This document shows, in pieces, positions 27,271 through 38,461 of a stretch of 46,161 nucleotides of DNA; positions within the stretch are counted from its first letter, which is position 1; every line of letters starts with the position of its first letter. Under the pieces are notes generated by a model. The model did not search any database and was not told the DNA's origin. It saw nothing but the letters and a program-made list of their open reading frames with translations. This DNA is from Candidatus Latescibacterota bacterium (GTDB taxonomy: Bacteria > Latescibacterota > UBA2968 > UBA8231): NCBI GenBank assembly GCA_036339235.1, contig JAYZCA010000101.1, positions 1 through 46,161 on the forward strand, read 5' to 3'. Made by a program: the position numbers and the translations under genes.

Positions 27271-27720
27271 ATGACTGCGACTGACCTGCCCTTCTGGAGA
27301 CCCCCGTCGCCAGGTCCGCGCGACCTGCGCAAGTTCGGTCTGCTGTTCTGCGTCCTGAGCGCCGCTCTGGCTGGATATCTGGTCTGGAGTCGTGGCGTCG
27401 ACGCCGCCACCGTTCCGGGGGCGATCAGCGCTGCCCTGCTGTTGCTGAGCTTGGGCCTGCCGTCGCTGCTGAAGCCGGTGTGGTGGCCCTGGATGGTCGT
27501 GGCCCGCGTCCTGGGTTTCGTCAACAGCCACCTGCTACTGGCCGTCGTCTTCTACCTGATGTTCACGCCCATCGGGCTGGTCATGCGGCTGCTCGGCCGT
27601 GACCCGCTGGGGGACAGGGATTTTGGCCGCGCCCGGCAAATCGCCGCCGACGGCGGTAGCCTGTGGCAGCGCCGTGAGAAGGCACAACTGTCTCTCCATC
27701 ACTACGAGCGGCAGTTCTGA
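27271..27720 (+). CDS. SxtJ-like small membrane protein
   Basis: LRKFGLLFCVLSAALAGYLVW and a second hydrophobic block NSHLLLAVVFYLMFTPIGLVMRLLGRDPL. It sits directly after a carbamoyltransferase, as for sxtI-sxtJ. Confidence 0.6.
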   Translation: MTATDLPFWRPPSPGPRDLRKFGLLFCVLSAALAGYLVWSRGVDAATVPGAISAALLLLSLGLPSLLKPVWWPWMVVARVLGFVNSHLLLAVVFYLMFTPIGLVMRLLGRDPLGDRDFGRARQIAADGGSLWQRREKAQLSLHHYERQF

Positions 27721-27768
27721 TGATCCGATTTCAGGTTTGATCAGGTAGAGACCCACCGTTATATTCCT

Positions 27769-28266
27769 ATGTTCGAGCAAGGTCAAGTTGAGGGTGTCGA
27801 TTCCGATCGCTTCTGGATGGGTCGCGCCCTGCAGCGGGCGCACATCGCCGCCGAGCAGGACGAGGTGCCGATCGGCGCCCTCATTGTGCGCGCTGGAGCC
27901 ATCGTCGGTGCTGGTTGGAACATCACCGAACGCGGTCAGGATGCCACGGCGCATGCCGAGCTGGTCGCCCTGCGCCAGGCGGCGCGGGCCTTGGGGTCGC
28001 GGCGGCTCGAGGACAGCGTTCTCTACGTCACCCTCGAACCATGCGCCATGTGCGCTGGCGCTATCGTGCTGGCACGGATCCCGCGGCTCGTGTTCGGGGC
28101 GTACGACCCAAAGGCCGGAGCCTGCGGCACGTTGCGGAACGTGGTCCAGGATCCGCGCCTCAATCACACCTGCCAGGTCACCGGCGGTGTGCTGCACAGG
28201 GAATGTGCCGGCTTGCTCCAGAGCTTCTTCGGTGGCCTGCGAGGCCGGCGGCCGAGGACGAAGTAA
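27769..28266 (+). CDS. tadA: tRNA adenosine(34) deaminase
   Basis: The CDA zinc motifs HAELVAL and TLEPCAMCAGAI are present, followed by PRLVFGAYDPKAGACG. Confidence 0.9.
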   Translation: MFEQGQVEGVDSDRFWMGRALQRAHIAAEQDEVPIGALIVRAGAIVGAGWNITERGQDATAHAELVALRQAARALGSRRLEDSVLYVTLEPCAMCAGAIVLARIPRLVFGAYDPKAGACGTLRNVVQDPRLNHTCQVTGGVLHRECAGLLQSFFGGLRGRRPRTK

Positions 28267-28270
28267 GTTC

Positions 28271-28360
<90 letters not shown>

Positions 28361-28383
28361 TTCACCTCGCACACGGTCGAGGT

Positions 28384-28476
28384 GGAGAGGTGACCGAGTG
28401 GTCGAAGGTGCACGACTGGAAATCGTGTGTAGCGTTTATAGCGCTACCGTGGGTTCGAATCCCACTCTCTCCGCCA
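28384..28476 (+). tRNA. tRNA-Ser (anticodon GGA)
   Basis: Acceptor GGAGAGG, anticodon stem-loop CACGA-CTGGAAA-TCGTG, long variable arm, T-arm GTGGGTTCGAATCCCAC and an encoded CCA. Confidence 0.9.
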
Positions 28477-28493
28477 TTTTCTACAAGTTCTGT

Positions 28494-28569
28494 GGGGCAG
28501 TAGCTCAGTTGGGAGAGCGCTAGGTTCGCAATCTGGAGGTCGTGGGTTCGATCCCCATCTGCTCCACCA
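28494..28569 (+). tRNA. tRNA-Ala (anticodon CGC)
   Basis: Acceptor GGGGCAG/CTGCTCC carries the G3:U70 alanine identity pair. Also AGCTCAGTTGGGAGAGC D-arm, anticodon loop TTCGCAA, T-arm GGGTTCGATCCCC and an encoded CCA. Confidence 0.9.
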
Positions 28570-28641
28570 TTTTTCTCCGCAGGAGCCCGTTGGCAAGAGG
28601 CCAGGACCTTGGCTGCATCGACGGGTTCCCGCGTTTCTACT

Positions 28642-28913
28642 GGGTCGTGCTAGATGGGGAGTTAGCGGTGCCCTGTACCCGCAATCCGCTCTAGCGGGAT
28701 CGAATTCCCGTCCAGAGGTCCGTTTGCCTTCTTACCGGCCGGCCCCGAGGGCGCTGAAGGCCGGATTCCACGCAACGCGAGGCTTCTGAACTCCGTCAGG
28801 ACCGGAAGGTAGCAGCGGTAAGAATGCTGATGCGTGTGCCGTGGAAATATCTGGCTGGAGCCCGAGGGAACCGAACGGCGTTGGGCATCGGATCGAAGAT
28901 GGGTGCACGGCCC
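28642..28913 (+). ncRNA. ffs: signal recognition particle RNA, long (Alu-domain-containing, Bacillus scRNA-like) form
   Basis: The domain IV core GTCAGGACCGGAAGGTAGCAGC...GATGCGTGTGCCGTGGAAATATCTGGC closely matches E. coli 4.5S as I remember it. The 5' part GGGTCGTGCTAGATGGGGAGTTAGCGGTGCCCTGTACCCGCAATCCGCTCTAGCGGG and the 3' end GGTGCACGGCCC match remembered B. subtilis scRNA. The two ends pair, and a T-run follows. Confidence 0.85.
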
Positions 28914-28989
28914 ACTTTTTTATTGTATGAACCGATGGTGAACTGACTTCGGTCAGACGTCGTATCCACCGCTTCCTGCCAAAGTCCCC

Positions 28990-30743
<1,754 letters not shown>

Positions 30744-30744
<1 letters not shown>

Positions 30745-31352
30745 TGGCCTCACTTGGGCCGCAGCCGCTGGAGGACCTGGTCACGGCTCTGTCTCGCCTT
30801 CCCGGAATCGGACGCAAGACGGCGCAGCGACTGGCGATCTACCTGCTCAAGTCGCCGCCCCAGGAGGCGCAAGCACTGGCCGAAGCCATCCGCGGGGCGC
30901 GCGAGAACATCGGTCACTGCTCGCGATGTTTTCACCTGACCGAGCGCGGCAACGAGTTGTGCCATGTGTGCAGCGATACGAATCGCGATCAGGCGGTGAT
31001 CTGTGTGGTCGAAGAGGCCAGCGACGCTCTGGCTCTGGAACGTAGCGATCTGATGCGAGGCACCTACCACGTCCTTGGCGGAGCCCTGAGTCCCCTCGAC
31101 GGCATCGGCCCAGCCGACCTGCGCATCGACGAGCTGGTCGAGAGAGTGCGTCGCGACGGCGTGCGCGAGGTCATCCTGGCACACAACGCCAGCGCCGAAG
31201 GCGAGGCGACGGCGGAGTACATCCATCAGCGGCTGGACGGGCTCACCACTGTCACCCGGCTGGCTCGCGGCCTGCCCGCTGGCTCCGATCTGGACCTGGC
31301 GGACCGCACGACCCTGGCTCACGCCCTGCAGGGACGCACGACCTTCAAATGA
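30744..31352 (+). CDS. recR: recombination protein RecR
   Basis: LPGIGRKTAQRLAIYLL helix-hairpin-helix, Cys4 zinc finger CSRCFHLTE...CHVC and a Toprim region are present. The ATG overlaps the dnaX stop (TAATG). Confidence 0.9.
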
Positions 31353-31948
31353 CGGACACAGCAAGCGGGCGCCGGACGATCGTCAACCTGCCCAATATTC
31401 TCACGGTTTCGCGCATTCTCGCCACGCCTCTGTTTCTGGCGATGCTGTTCTCCGAGGGCGCCCACTGGCGGGGCGCCGCTGTCATCGTGTTCCTGCTGGC
31501 GTCCCTCACCGATCTCTACGACGGCCGGCTGGCGAGGGCGCGCGATTGTGTCACCGAGTTCGGCCGCTTCATGGACCCCCTGGCCGACAAGATCCTGGTC
31601 ACCTCGGCGCTCGTCGCCTTCGCCCTGGGACGGATCGTCAACGCCTGGATCGTGGTGCCCATCGTCATCCGCGACGTGGTCATCACCGGCATGCGGATGT
31701 ATGGTCTCTATCAGGGCCGCATGATGGAGACCTCGCGACTGGCCAAGTGGAAGACGACGGTGCAGCTGGTCACCGTCATCGTCATCCTGACACTTGTCGG
31801 CCTGCAGGAAGTCGCCGGCTACTACGAGTGGGGTGTGCAGGCGGCGTGGGCCTGGCTGCCCCTGCTGAGCAATGGCCTGATGGCGGCGGTCCTCGTGCTT
31901 ACCCTGATGTCCGGTTTTCACTACTTTTTTCGTACCGGATCGGCCTGA
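31349..31948 (+). CDS. pgsA: CDP-diacylglycerol--glycerol-3-phosphate 3-phosphatidyltransferase
   Basis: PNILTVSRI and the CDP-alcohol phosphotransferase motif DLYDGRLAR....[11 protein letters not shown] are present. ATGA overlap with recR. Confidence 0.85.
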   Translation: MTDTASGRRTIVNLPNILTVSRILATPLFLAMLFSEGAHWRGAAVIVFLLASLTDLYDGRLARARDCVTEFGRFMDPLADKILVTSALVAFALGRIVNAWIVVPIVIRDVVITGMRMYGLYQGRMMETSRLAKWKTTVQLVTVIVILTLVGLQEVAGYYEWGVQAAWAWLPLLSNGLMAAVLVLTLMSGFHYFFRTGSA

Positions 31949-32397
31949 TCGCCTTCCTGCGGACCGTTATCGCCACCGTGCTGTTCTCGGGGCGAGCACC
32001 GATTGCTCCGGGCACGACGGGCTCGGCGGTCACAGCCGTCGCCTGGTTCGTCTTCGGCAGTTCTCTGACGCCATTGGTGTGGGTTCTGCTGCTGGTGGGG
32101 GTCACGGCAGTCGCCGTCGTCACGGCTGGTGCCGAAGCGCGGGCCCTCGGCCGCCAGGATCCGGGACCGGTGGTGATCGACGAGGCGGCGGGGTTCCTGT
32201 TCACCGTGGCCTTCCTCCCCCACGGCCTGTGGACGACCCTGGCGGCGTTTGTGCTGTTCCGCATCCTCGATATCATCAAGCCGCCTCCTGCCCGCCAGCT
32301 GGAAGCCCTGCACGGTGGCTGGGGGATCGTCCTGGACGACGTGGCTGCCGGCATCATGGGCAATCTGCTGCTGCGCGCCGGCCTGGCCCTGCTGTAA
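31939..32397 (+). CDS. pgpA: phosphatidylglycerophosphatase A (start codon unresolved)
   Basis: [37 protein letters not shown] and [12 protein letters not shown] are PgpA-like. The first canonical in-frame start (GTG 31978) would remove the conserved N-terminal helix. ATC 31939 and CTG 31945 are the only upstream options. Confidence 0.7.
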   Translation: MGLIAFLRTVIATVLFSGRAPIAPGTTGSAVTAVAWFVFGSSLTPLVWVLLLVGVTAVAVVTAGAEARALGRQDPGPVVIDEAAGFLFTVAFLPHGLWTTLAAFVLFRILDIIKPPPARQLEALHGGWGIVLDDVAAGIMGNLLLRAGLALL

Positions 32398-32459
32398 CAG
32401 CTTTGCCGCTGTGGCATCGCTGGCACGAAACCGACCCGAGGGGAGTTGAGACGACGACC

Positions 32460-33551
32460 ATGGCCAAGAAGGACAACAACGGCAAGGCACCCGACGACAA
32501 GGGCAAGCAGCAGTCCCTCGATCTGGCGCTGGCGCAGATCGAGAAGCAGTACGGCAAGGGATCTATCATGCGCATGGGGGCGGAGGGTGGCATCGTCGAA
32601 GCCGAAGCCATCTCATCGGGGGCGCTGTCCATCGATCTGGCGCTGGGTATCGGCGGGTTCCCCCGCGGCCGGATCGTCGAGATCTATGGCCCGGAAGGGG
32701 CCGGCAAGACGATGGTGTCGCTGCACGCAATCCGCGAGGCACAGCGTGCCGGCGGCACGGCGGCCTTCATCGATGCGGAGCACGCCCTCGATATCACCTT
32801 CGCGCGGCGTATCGGCGTCGACGTCGAGAACCTGATCATCTCGCAGCCCGACTCCGGTGAGCAGGCTCTGGAGATCGTCGAGACCCTGGTGCGTTCGGGC
32901 GCCTTCGACATCATCGTTCTCGACTCGGTGGCAGCTCTGGTGCCGCAGGCAGAACTCGAGGGTGACATGGGAGACTCGCACATGGGGCTGCACGCGCGGC
33001 TGATGTCGCAGGCTCTGCGCAAGCTGACGGGCAGCATCAGCCGCTCGCGCACATGCGTGATCTTCATCAACCAGTTGCGCATGAAGATCGGCGTCATGTT
33101 CGGCAATCCAGAGACGACGACGGGCGGTCGAGCCATGGGTTTCTACGCCTCGGTCCGTGTCGATATCCGTCGTATCGGCCACATCAAGAATGGCGACACG
33201 AACATCGGCATCCGAGCCCGCGTCAAGATCGTGAAGAACAAGCTGGCGCCTCCGTACCGGCAGGCGGAGTTCGACATCTACTTCTCCGGCGAGAAGATCG
33301 GCGTGTCGCGCGAGGCGGATCTGCTCGACATCGGCGTGGAGCACGAGCTGGTGGACAAGGCGGGGACCTGGTTTTCATACGAGGGCGAGCGCCTCGGCCA
33401 GGGGCGGGAGAATGCTCGCCAGTATCTCGCCGAGAACCCTGCGGTGGCACAGGCGATCGAGACCCGCCTGCGCGTCGCACTGGGCCTCGCCACTGCCCCC
33501 GAAAAGGCGCAGAAGCCTCCCGTGCCTGCCGACGACAGCGCCGCAGAGTAG
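32460..33551 (+). CDS. recA: recombinase RecA
   Basis: [21 protein letters not shown], Walker [18 protein letters not shown] and the [23 protein letters not shown] loop. The tracked 32079 start lies inside pgpA. Confidence 0.95.
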   Translation: MAKKDNNGKAPDDKGKQQSLDLALAQIEKQYGKGSIMRMGAEGGIVEAEAISSGALSIDLALGIGGFPRGRIVEIYGPEGAGKTMVSLHAIREAQRAGGTAAFIDAEHALDITFARRIGVDVENLIISQPDSGEQALEIVETLVRSGAFDIIVLDSVAALVPQAELEGDMGDSHMGLHARLMSQALRKLTGSISRSRTCVIFINQLRMKIGVMFGNPETTTGGRAMGFYASVRVDIRRIGHIKNGDTNIGIRARVKIVKNKLAPPYRQAEFDIYFSGEKIGVSREADLLDIGVEHELVDKAGTWFSYEGERLGQGRENARQYLAENPAVAQAIETRLRVALGLATAPEKAQKPPVPADDSAAE

Positions 33552-33560
33552 TCGATCGCT

Positions 33561-34049
33561 GTGAACGACATCAAAGGACGCGAAAAAACGCGCCGCATCG
33601 CCTTCGATCTGCTGGGAGTACGGGACCGTTCCGTGAAGCAGATGCGGGAGCGTCTGGCCAAGCGGGGCTGCGCAACTAGTGACATTGACACTGTGGTGGC
33701 CGACCTGGAGGCTTTGGGTCTGCTCGACGACTTCAAGTACGTGCGCCGCTGGATCGAGACTCGGCGCGAGCGCCGACCCGAGGGCGTGCCCAAGGTCACG
33801 CGCGACCTGTTGCGTCGGGGCATCGACAAGGCCGCTATCGAGCAGGTGCTGGCCGAACTCGATGTCGACCTGGCGTCAGGGGAGGAGGCTCTGCAACTGC
33901 TGCGTCGCAACAGCGGCCGCTACGCGGGTCTCGATGCGTTGAAAGCGCGGCGGCGTATGATGGGTTTGCTGGCGCGGCGCGGGTTTGATCCGGAGACGAC
34001 CCGCAAGGCGGTGGAGACCGCCTGGTCCGAATTCGAAGGTGACGAGTGA
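33561..34049 (+). CDS. recX: RecA regulator RecX
   Basis: Position directly after recA. Three-repeat helical pattern (A.DLL..R.RS..Q.R..L...G, L..LGLLDD..Y...W). GTG start. Confidence 0.8.
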   Translation: MNDIKGREKTRRIAFDLLGVRDRSVKQMRERLAKRGCATSDIDTVVADLEALGLLDDFKYVRRWIETRRERRPEGVPKVTRDLLRRGIDKAAIEQVLAELDVDLASGEEALQLLRRNSGRYAGLDALKARRRMMGLLARRGFDPETTRKAVETAWSEFEGDE

Positions 34050-36658
34050 TGAAGTCCAGAGAGATCCGCGAGACCTTCCTGTCCTTCTTCGAGGGCAAGG
34101 GCCACACGCGCGTGCCCAGCGCCTCCGTCGCCCCCACGGACGACCCCACCCTGTATTTCACCAACGCCGGGATGAACCAGTTCAAGGACGTGTTCCTCGG
34201 GCTGGGCAGCCGGCCGTACTCCCGAGCCGTGGACACGCAGAAGTGCATCCGCGTCTCCGGCAAGCACAACGACCTCGAAGAGGTCGGCGTCAGCCCGTGG
34301 CATCACACGTTCTTCGAGATGCTCGGCAACTGGTCCTTCGGCGACTATTTCAAGGAAGAGGCCATCCAGTGGCATTGGGAACTGGTGACCGAACGCTTCG
34401 GTATGGACAAGGAGCGCCTGTGGGCGACGGTTTTCGAGGGAGGCGAGGGCGTACCCGCTGACGACGATGCCGAAGCCCTGTGGACGAAGGTCACCGATTT
34501 GCCGTCGGACCGCGTCGTCAGGCTGCCGGCGAAGGACAACTTCTGGGAGATGGGGGAGACCGGCCCCTGCGGGCCGTGCTCCGAACTGCACTATTACCTC
34601 GGCGATGATCTGCAGGCCCAGAACCTGGATCTGTTCCTGCAGGACGGGCCCGAGTTCGTCGAGATCGGCAATCTCGTCTTCATCCAGTTCAACCGGGACC
34701 AGGAAGGTTCCCTGCAGCCTCTGCCCGCCCAGCACGTCGACACAGGCACCGGCTTCGAGCGTCTGTGTGGCCTGTTGCAGAACAAGGACAACAACTACGA
34801 CACCGACGTCTTCCGGCCGCTCATCGAGCACATCGCCGACGTCACGGGCGGTGACCCCGACAGCGACGCCGGCCGGGTCCCCATGCGCGTCATCGCCGAT
34901 CACGTTCGTTCCCTGACCTTCGCCATCGCCGACGGGGCGTTGCCCGCCAATGACGGCCGTGGCTACGTGCTGCGCCGCATCCTGCGTAGGGCGTCACGCT
35001 TCGGTCGCCAACTCGACCAGCACGAGCCCTTCATCCACAAGCTGGTGGAGCCCCTGGCCGCCTCGGTGGCGCACGTGTTCCCGGAGGCCGCCGCCCAGGC
35101 GACGCACATCGCCATGGTGATCGAGGCCGAGGAGGAATCCTTCGGCAACACTCTCGATCGTGGTCTCGAGATCTTCGCACGCCTCGGCGACAAGGGGGAT
35201 ATTTCCGGCGCTGACGCATTTCAGCTCTACGACACGTACGGCTTTCCCCTTGACCTGACGGAGCTGATGGCACGCGAGCGCGGCCTCAGCGTCGACACGG
35301 ACGGGTTCGAGCGCGAACTCGAGCATCAGCGCCAGCGGGGCCGGGCGGCTACGAAGGGGTGCTTTCGTGCTACCGAGGGTGTGGAGGACGCGGTCGCCGG
35401 CGAACACTCGGAGTTCATCGGCTACGACGAACTCGAGGCCGATGCCATCGCCGTCCACGTCGAGTCAGTGGAGGACACGGTGCGCGTCGTGCTCGACAAG
35501 ACACCGTTCTACGCCGAGTCGGGTGGCCAGGTGGGTGACCGCGGCATGTTGCAGGGGGACGGCTTCCGCATCGAGGTCGAAGACACGTTGAAAGCCCGTG
35601 GCGGTATCGTCCATGCCGGTACTCTTGTCAGCGGTGAACTGCCCGTCGCCGGTGCCGCCATGCACGCCGCCGTCGACAGGTCGGCGCGCGACGCCGTGGC
35701 CCGCAATCACACATCGACACACCTGCTGCACGAGGCCCTGCGCCGCACCCTTGGTGACCATGTCGGGCAGATGGGCTCCCTCGTGTCTCCCGATCGTCTG
35801 CGCTTCGACTTCTCCCACTTTCACGCCATGGAGCCGGAGCAGCTGCTGCAGGTGGATCAGATCGTCAACGAGCGGATCCGCGACGACCTGGAGATCTCCA
35901 CCTTCGAAGAGGATCTTGATCGCGCCAAGACGCTCGGGGCCCGGGCCCTGTTCGGCGAGAAGTACGGCGACCGTGTGCGCGTTGTGAAGATCGAGAATTT
36001 CAGCCTCGAGCTGTGCGGCGGGACGCACGTAAGACACACGGGACAGATCGGCGCCTTCGATCTGAGCCTGGAGAGCGGTATCGCCGCTGGCACGCGGCGA
36101 ATCGAGGCTCTCACCGGCGCCGGCGCCGAGCAGGCCGCCCGGCAACACCGCCAGTGGCTCGGCGAGATCGGCCAGTTGCTGAATGCGCCCTCCGGGGCGT
36201 TGCCCGAACAGGTGCGGGCCCTGCAGGAGCGCATGCGGGAACTGGAGAAGGCTCTGGCCGAGGCGCGACGCAAGGCCGCCGATGACAGCGCCGCAGACCT
36301 GACGGCGGGGGCCGTCGACATCGATGGGGTCCACGTTGTGGCCAGCCGTGTGCAGGTCGACGACATCGGCGCCTTGCGCTCGATGGCTGACGGTATCCGC
36401 GAGGGGTTGAGTTCAGGTGTCGGAGTGCTTGGAGCTGACGTGGCGGGTAAGGTCTCCTTCATCGCTGTTGTCACCCAGGATCTGATCGAGAAGCGTGGCC
36501 TCAAGGCGGGAGACGTGGTCAAGGAGGTGGCGCAGATCGCCGGTGGATCCGGGGGTGGCAAGTCGCACATGGCCCAGGCCGGCGGCAAGGATCCCGGAAA
36601 AATCGACGCGGCCATCGCCGCCGCGCCTGAGATCATCAGGCGGCGCTTGGCGGGCTGA
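34049..36658 (+). CDS. alaS: alanine--tRNA ligase
   Basis: IRETFLSFFEGKGHTRVPSAS, FTNAGMNQFK, HHTFFEMLGNWSFGDYFK and the editing-domain HTSTHLLH / CGGTH motifs. GTG 34046 is an alternative start. Confidence 0.95.
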   Translation: MKSREIRETFLSFFEGKGHTRVPSASVAPTDDPTLYFTNAGMNQFKDVFLGLGSRPYSRAVDTQKCIRVSGKHNDLEEVGVSPWHHTFFEMLGNWSFGDYFKEEAIQWHWELVTERFGMDKERLWATVFEGGEGVPADDDAEALWTKVTDLPSDRVVRLPAKDNFWEMGETGPCGPCSELHYYLGDDLQAQNLDLFLQDGPEFVEIGNLVFIQFNRDQEGSLQPLPAQHVDTGTGFERLCGLLQNKDNNYDTDVFRPLIEHIADVTGGDPDSDAGRVPMRVIADHVRSLTFAIADGALPANDGRGYVLRRILRRASRFGRQLDQHEPFIHKLVEPLAASVAHVFPEAAAQATHIAMVIEAEEESFGNTLDRGLEIFARLGDKGDISGADAFQLYDTYGFPLDLTELMARERGLSVDTDGFERELEHQRQRGRAATKGCFRATEGVEDAVAGEHSEFIGYDELEADAIAVHVESVEDTVRVVLDKTPFYAESGGQVGDRGMLQGDGFRIEVEDTLKARGGIVHAGTLVSGELPVAGAAMHAAVDRSARDAVARNHTSTHLLHEALRRTLGDHVGQMGSLVSPDRLRFDFSHFHAMEPEQLLQVDQIVNERIRDDLEISTFEEDLDRAKTLGARALFGEKYGDRVRVVKIENFSLELCGGTHVRHTGQIGAFDLSLESGIAAGTRRIEALTGAGAEQAARQHRQWLGEIGQLLNAPSGALPEQVRALQERMRELEKALAEARRKAADDSAADLTAGAVDIDGVHVVASRVQVDDIGALRSMADGIREGLSSGVGVLGADVAGKVSFIAVVTQDLIEKRGLKAGDVVKEVAQIAGGSGGGKSHMAQAGGKDPGKIDAAIAAAPEIIRRRLAG

Positions 36659-36670
36659 GAATAGCGCCTG

Positions 36671-37417
36671 ATGAAAAGCACGCTCGAAAGACTCCTGGAG
36701 GTACGCGCGCGGCGGGGGGCAGGGTACCTGACCCTGCTCGATCCGGATCGGCTGTCCCTCGACGAACTCGAAAGCCGGGCGCAGGCGTGCGCCGACGCCG
36801 GCGCCGACGGCATCTTGGTCGGTACGAGCCTGATGTTGTCCGCGCCCGGCAATACGCGACTCTTCGAACGGCTCCGCGTCGCCGTCGACATCCCCGTGAT
36901 CTCCTTCCCGGGGGATGCCGGCCAGGTGGTGAGCACGGCGGATGCGATCCTGTTCCTGAGCATGGTGAGCGGTCGCAACGCGGAGCTGCTCATCGGTCAG
37001 CACGTACGAGCGGCGCCCCTGCTGAAGGAATACGGCGTCGAGGTGATTCCAACGGCCTACATGCTGGTCGAATCGGGTACCCTCACCTCCGTCGAATACA
37101 TGAGTAATACCAAGCCCATACCGCGCGCCAAGGACGACATCGCCATGGCGCATGCGCTGGCGGCGCAGTACCTGGGCATGAAGCTGGTCTATCTGGAGAC
37201 GGGCAGCGGTGCAGCCGCCTCCGTACCGGTGTCGATGGTCCGCTCCGTATCCCGCTACGTCGATCTGCCCGTCATCGTCGGCGGCGGCATACGCGATCCC
37301 GAGGTGGCGCGCGAAAAGGTCGACGCCGGCGCCGCCTTCGTCGTCACTGGAAGTGTAGTGGAAGACGACCCGGGCAGGCTGCGGGAACTCAGTGCCGCCG
37401 TCCATGTCTCCGGGTGA
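36671..37417 (+). CDS. geranylgeranylglyceryl phosphate synthase-like prenyltransferase (PcrB/GGGPS family, group II-like)
   Basis: LLDPD, ADGILVGTS, IPVISFPGD, ADAILFLSMVSGRN, IPTAYMLVE, AQYLGMKLVYLETGSGA and LPVIVGGGIR align along the whole length with my memory of archaeal group II GGGPS. Confidence 0.8.
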   Translation: MKSTLERLLEVRARRGAGYLTLLDPDRLSLDELESRAQACADAGADGILVGTSLMLSAPGNTRLFERLRVAVDIPVISFPGDAGQVVSTADAILFLSMVSGRNAELLIGQHVRAAPLLKEYGVEVIPTAYMLVESGTLTSVEYMSNTKPIPRAKDDIAMAHALAAQYLGMKLVYLETGSGAAASVPVSMVRSVSRYVDLPVIVGGGIRDPEVAREKVDAGAAFVVTGSVVEDDPGRLRELSAAVHVSG

Positions 37418-38148
37418 GTTCGCCGGAGGTGACGGTCTCGTCGACATTCACTGTCACGCCCTGCCGGGCGTCGACGACGGCGCTGCCAGCGTCGCCATGG
37501 GCCTCGACATGTTACGCCGCGCCCGCCGACGAGGGCGTCGATGACGTGGTGCTCACGCCGCACTACAGGCCCGAGGACGGACCGGAGCGGGCGCAGCAGT
37601 TGCAGGATTATTTCGAGGGGTTCGCTGTCGACGTCGCCGACGCCGGTATCGGCGTGAGAGTCCATCTCGGCGCTGAATTGGGGTTTCGCTTCGGCCTGGC
37701 TCATCTGGCACAGTCTCACGATGGCGCGACTGGCTGGCGGGCCGTATGTGCTCGTCGACCTGCCCCCCGGACCGCTGTCACCCGGGCTGGAACAGGCGTT
37801 CTTCGAAATCCGCACGGCGGGCTACCGGCCGGTGCTGGCCCATCCGGAGCGGCACCGTGAGCTGGCCGCCGCTTCGGTCGCCGCGCCCAGGCCGCTGCCA
37901 TCTGTCTTGCCGAGTCCGGGCAGGCTGACTTCGTCGGCAGCGACGGGCACGACCTGGAGAAACGGCCTCTGTCCCTGCGCTCCGCCTACGAGCAGATGGT
38001 CGGGCTGACCGGGGCTGAGGAGGCACAACGGCTGTTCGCACGCAACCCGCTGCTGTGTATTGACGGGAAACAGGTAGAAACGGGGCCTCGCAATGTGGCC
38101 AGGGAACGTCCCGGTATGTGGTCCTGGCTGCGTCAGCGGCTCGGTTAG
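37404..38148 (+). pseudogene. disrupted CpsB/YwqE-like PHP-family protein-tyrosine phosphatase
   Basis: Homologous segments lie in three frames. LVDIHCHALPGVDDGA...LDMLRRA starts at ATG 37404 and stops at 37542. GVDDVVLTPHY...HLGAELGF is in the frame of ORF 37414. YVLVDLP...GYRPVLAHPERH is in ORF 37721. RRAQAAAICLAESGQADFVGSDGH...ARNP ends at TAG 38146-38148. About 35-40 aa expected between AHPERH and the SDGH block are missing. Confidence 0.65.
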
Positions 38149-38178
38149 ATCAGAGCAGTGAACGACACGGAAACGAGT

Positions 38179-38451
38179 ATGGTCGAGAAAAAAATCACCG
38201 TCACCAATGTGCTGGGTATTCACGCACGTCCTGCCACGTTGCTGGTGCAGGCAGCGTCGCGCTTCGAGTCCGACATCTTCCTGAGCAAGGGAGACGTGAG
38301 CCGGATCAACGGCAAGAGCATCATGGGTGTCATGATGCTGGCCGCGGAAAAGGGCGCCCAGGTGCTGCTGGAAGCAGAGGGGTCAGACGCGGAGGCCGCC
38401 CTGGAAGCGTTGGGCGAACTGCTGGCCAGCGATTTCGAAGGCCAGATTTGA
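38179..38451 (+). CDS. ptsH: phosphocarrier protein HPr
   Basis: The active-site His context NVLGIHARPAT and the regulatory Ser context INGKSIMGVM are both present. Length is about 90 aa. Confidence 0.85.
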   Translation: MVEKKITVTNVLGIHARPATLLVQAASRFESDIFLSKGDVSRINGKSIMGVMMLAAEKGAQVLLEAEGSDAEAALEALGELLASDFEGQI

Positions 38452-38461
38452 TCGAGTTCGC

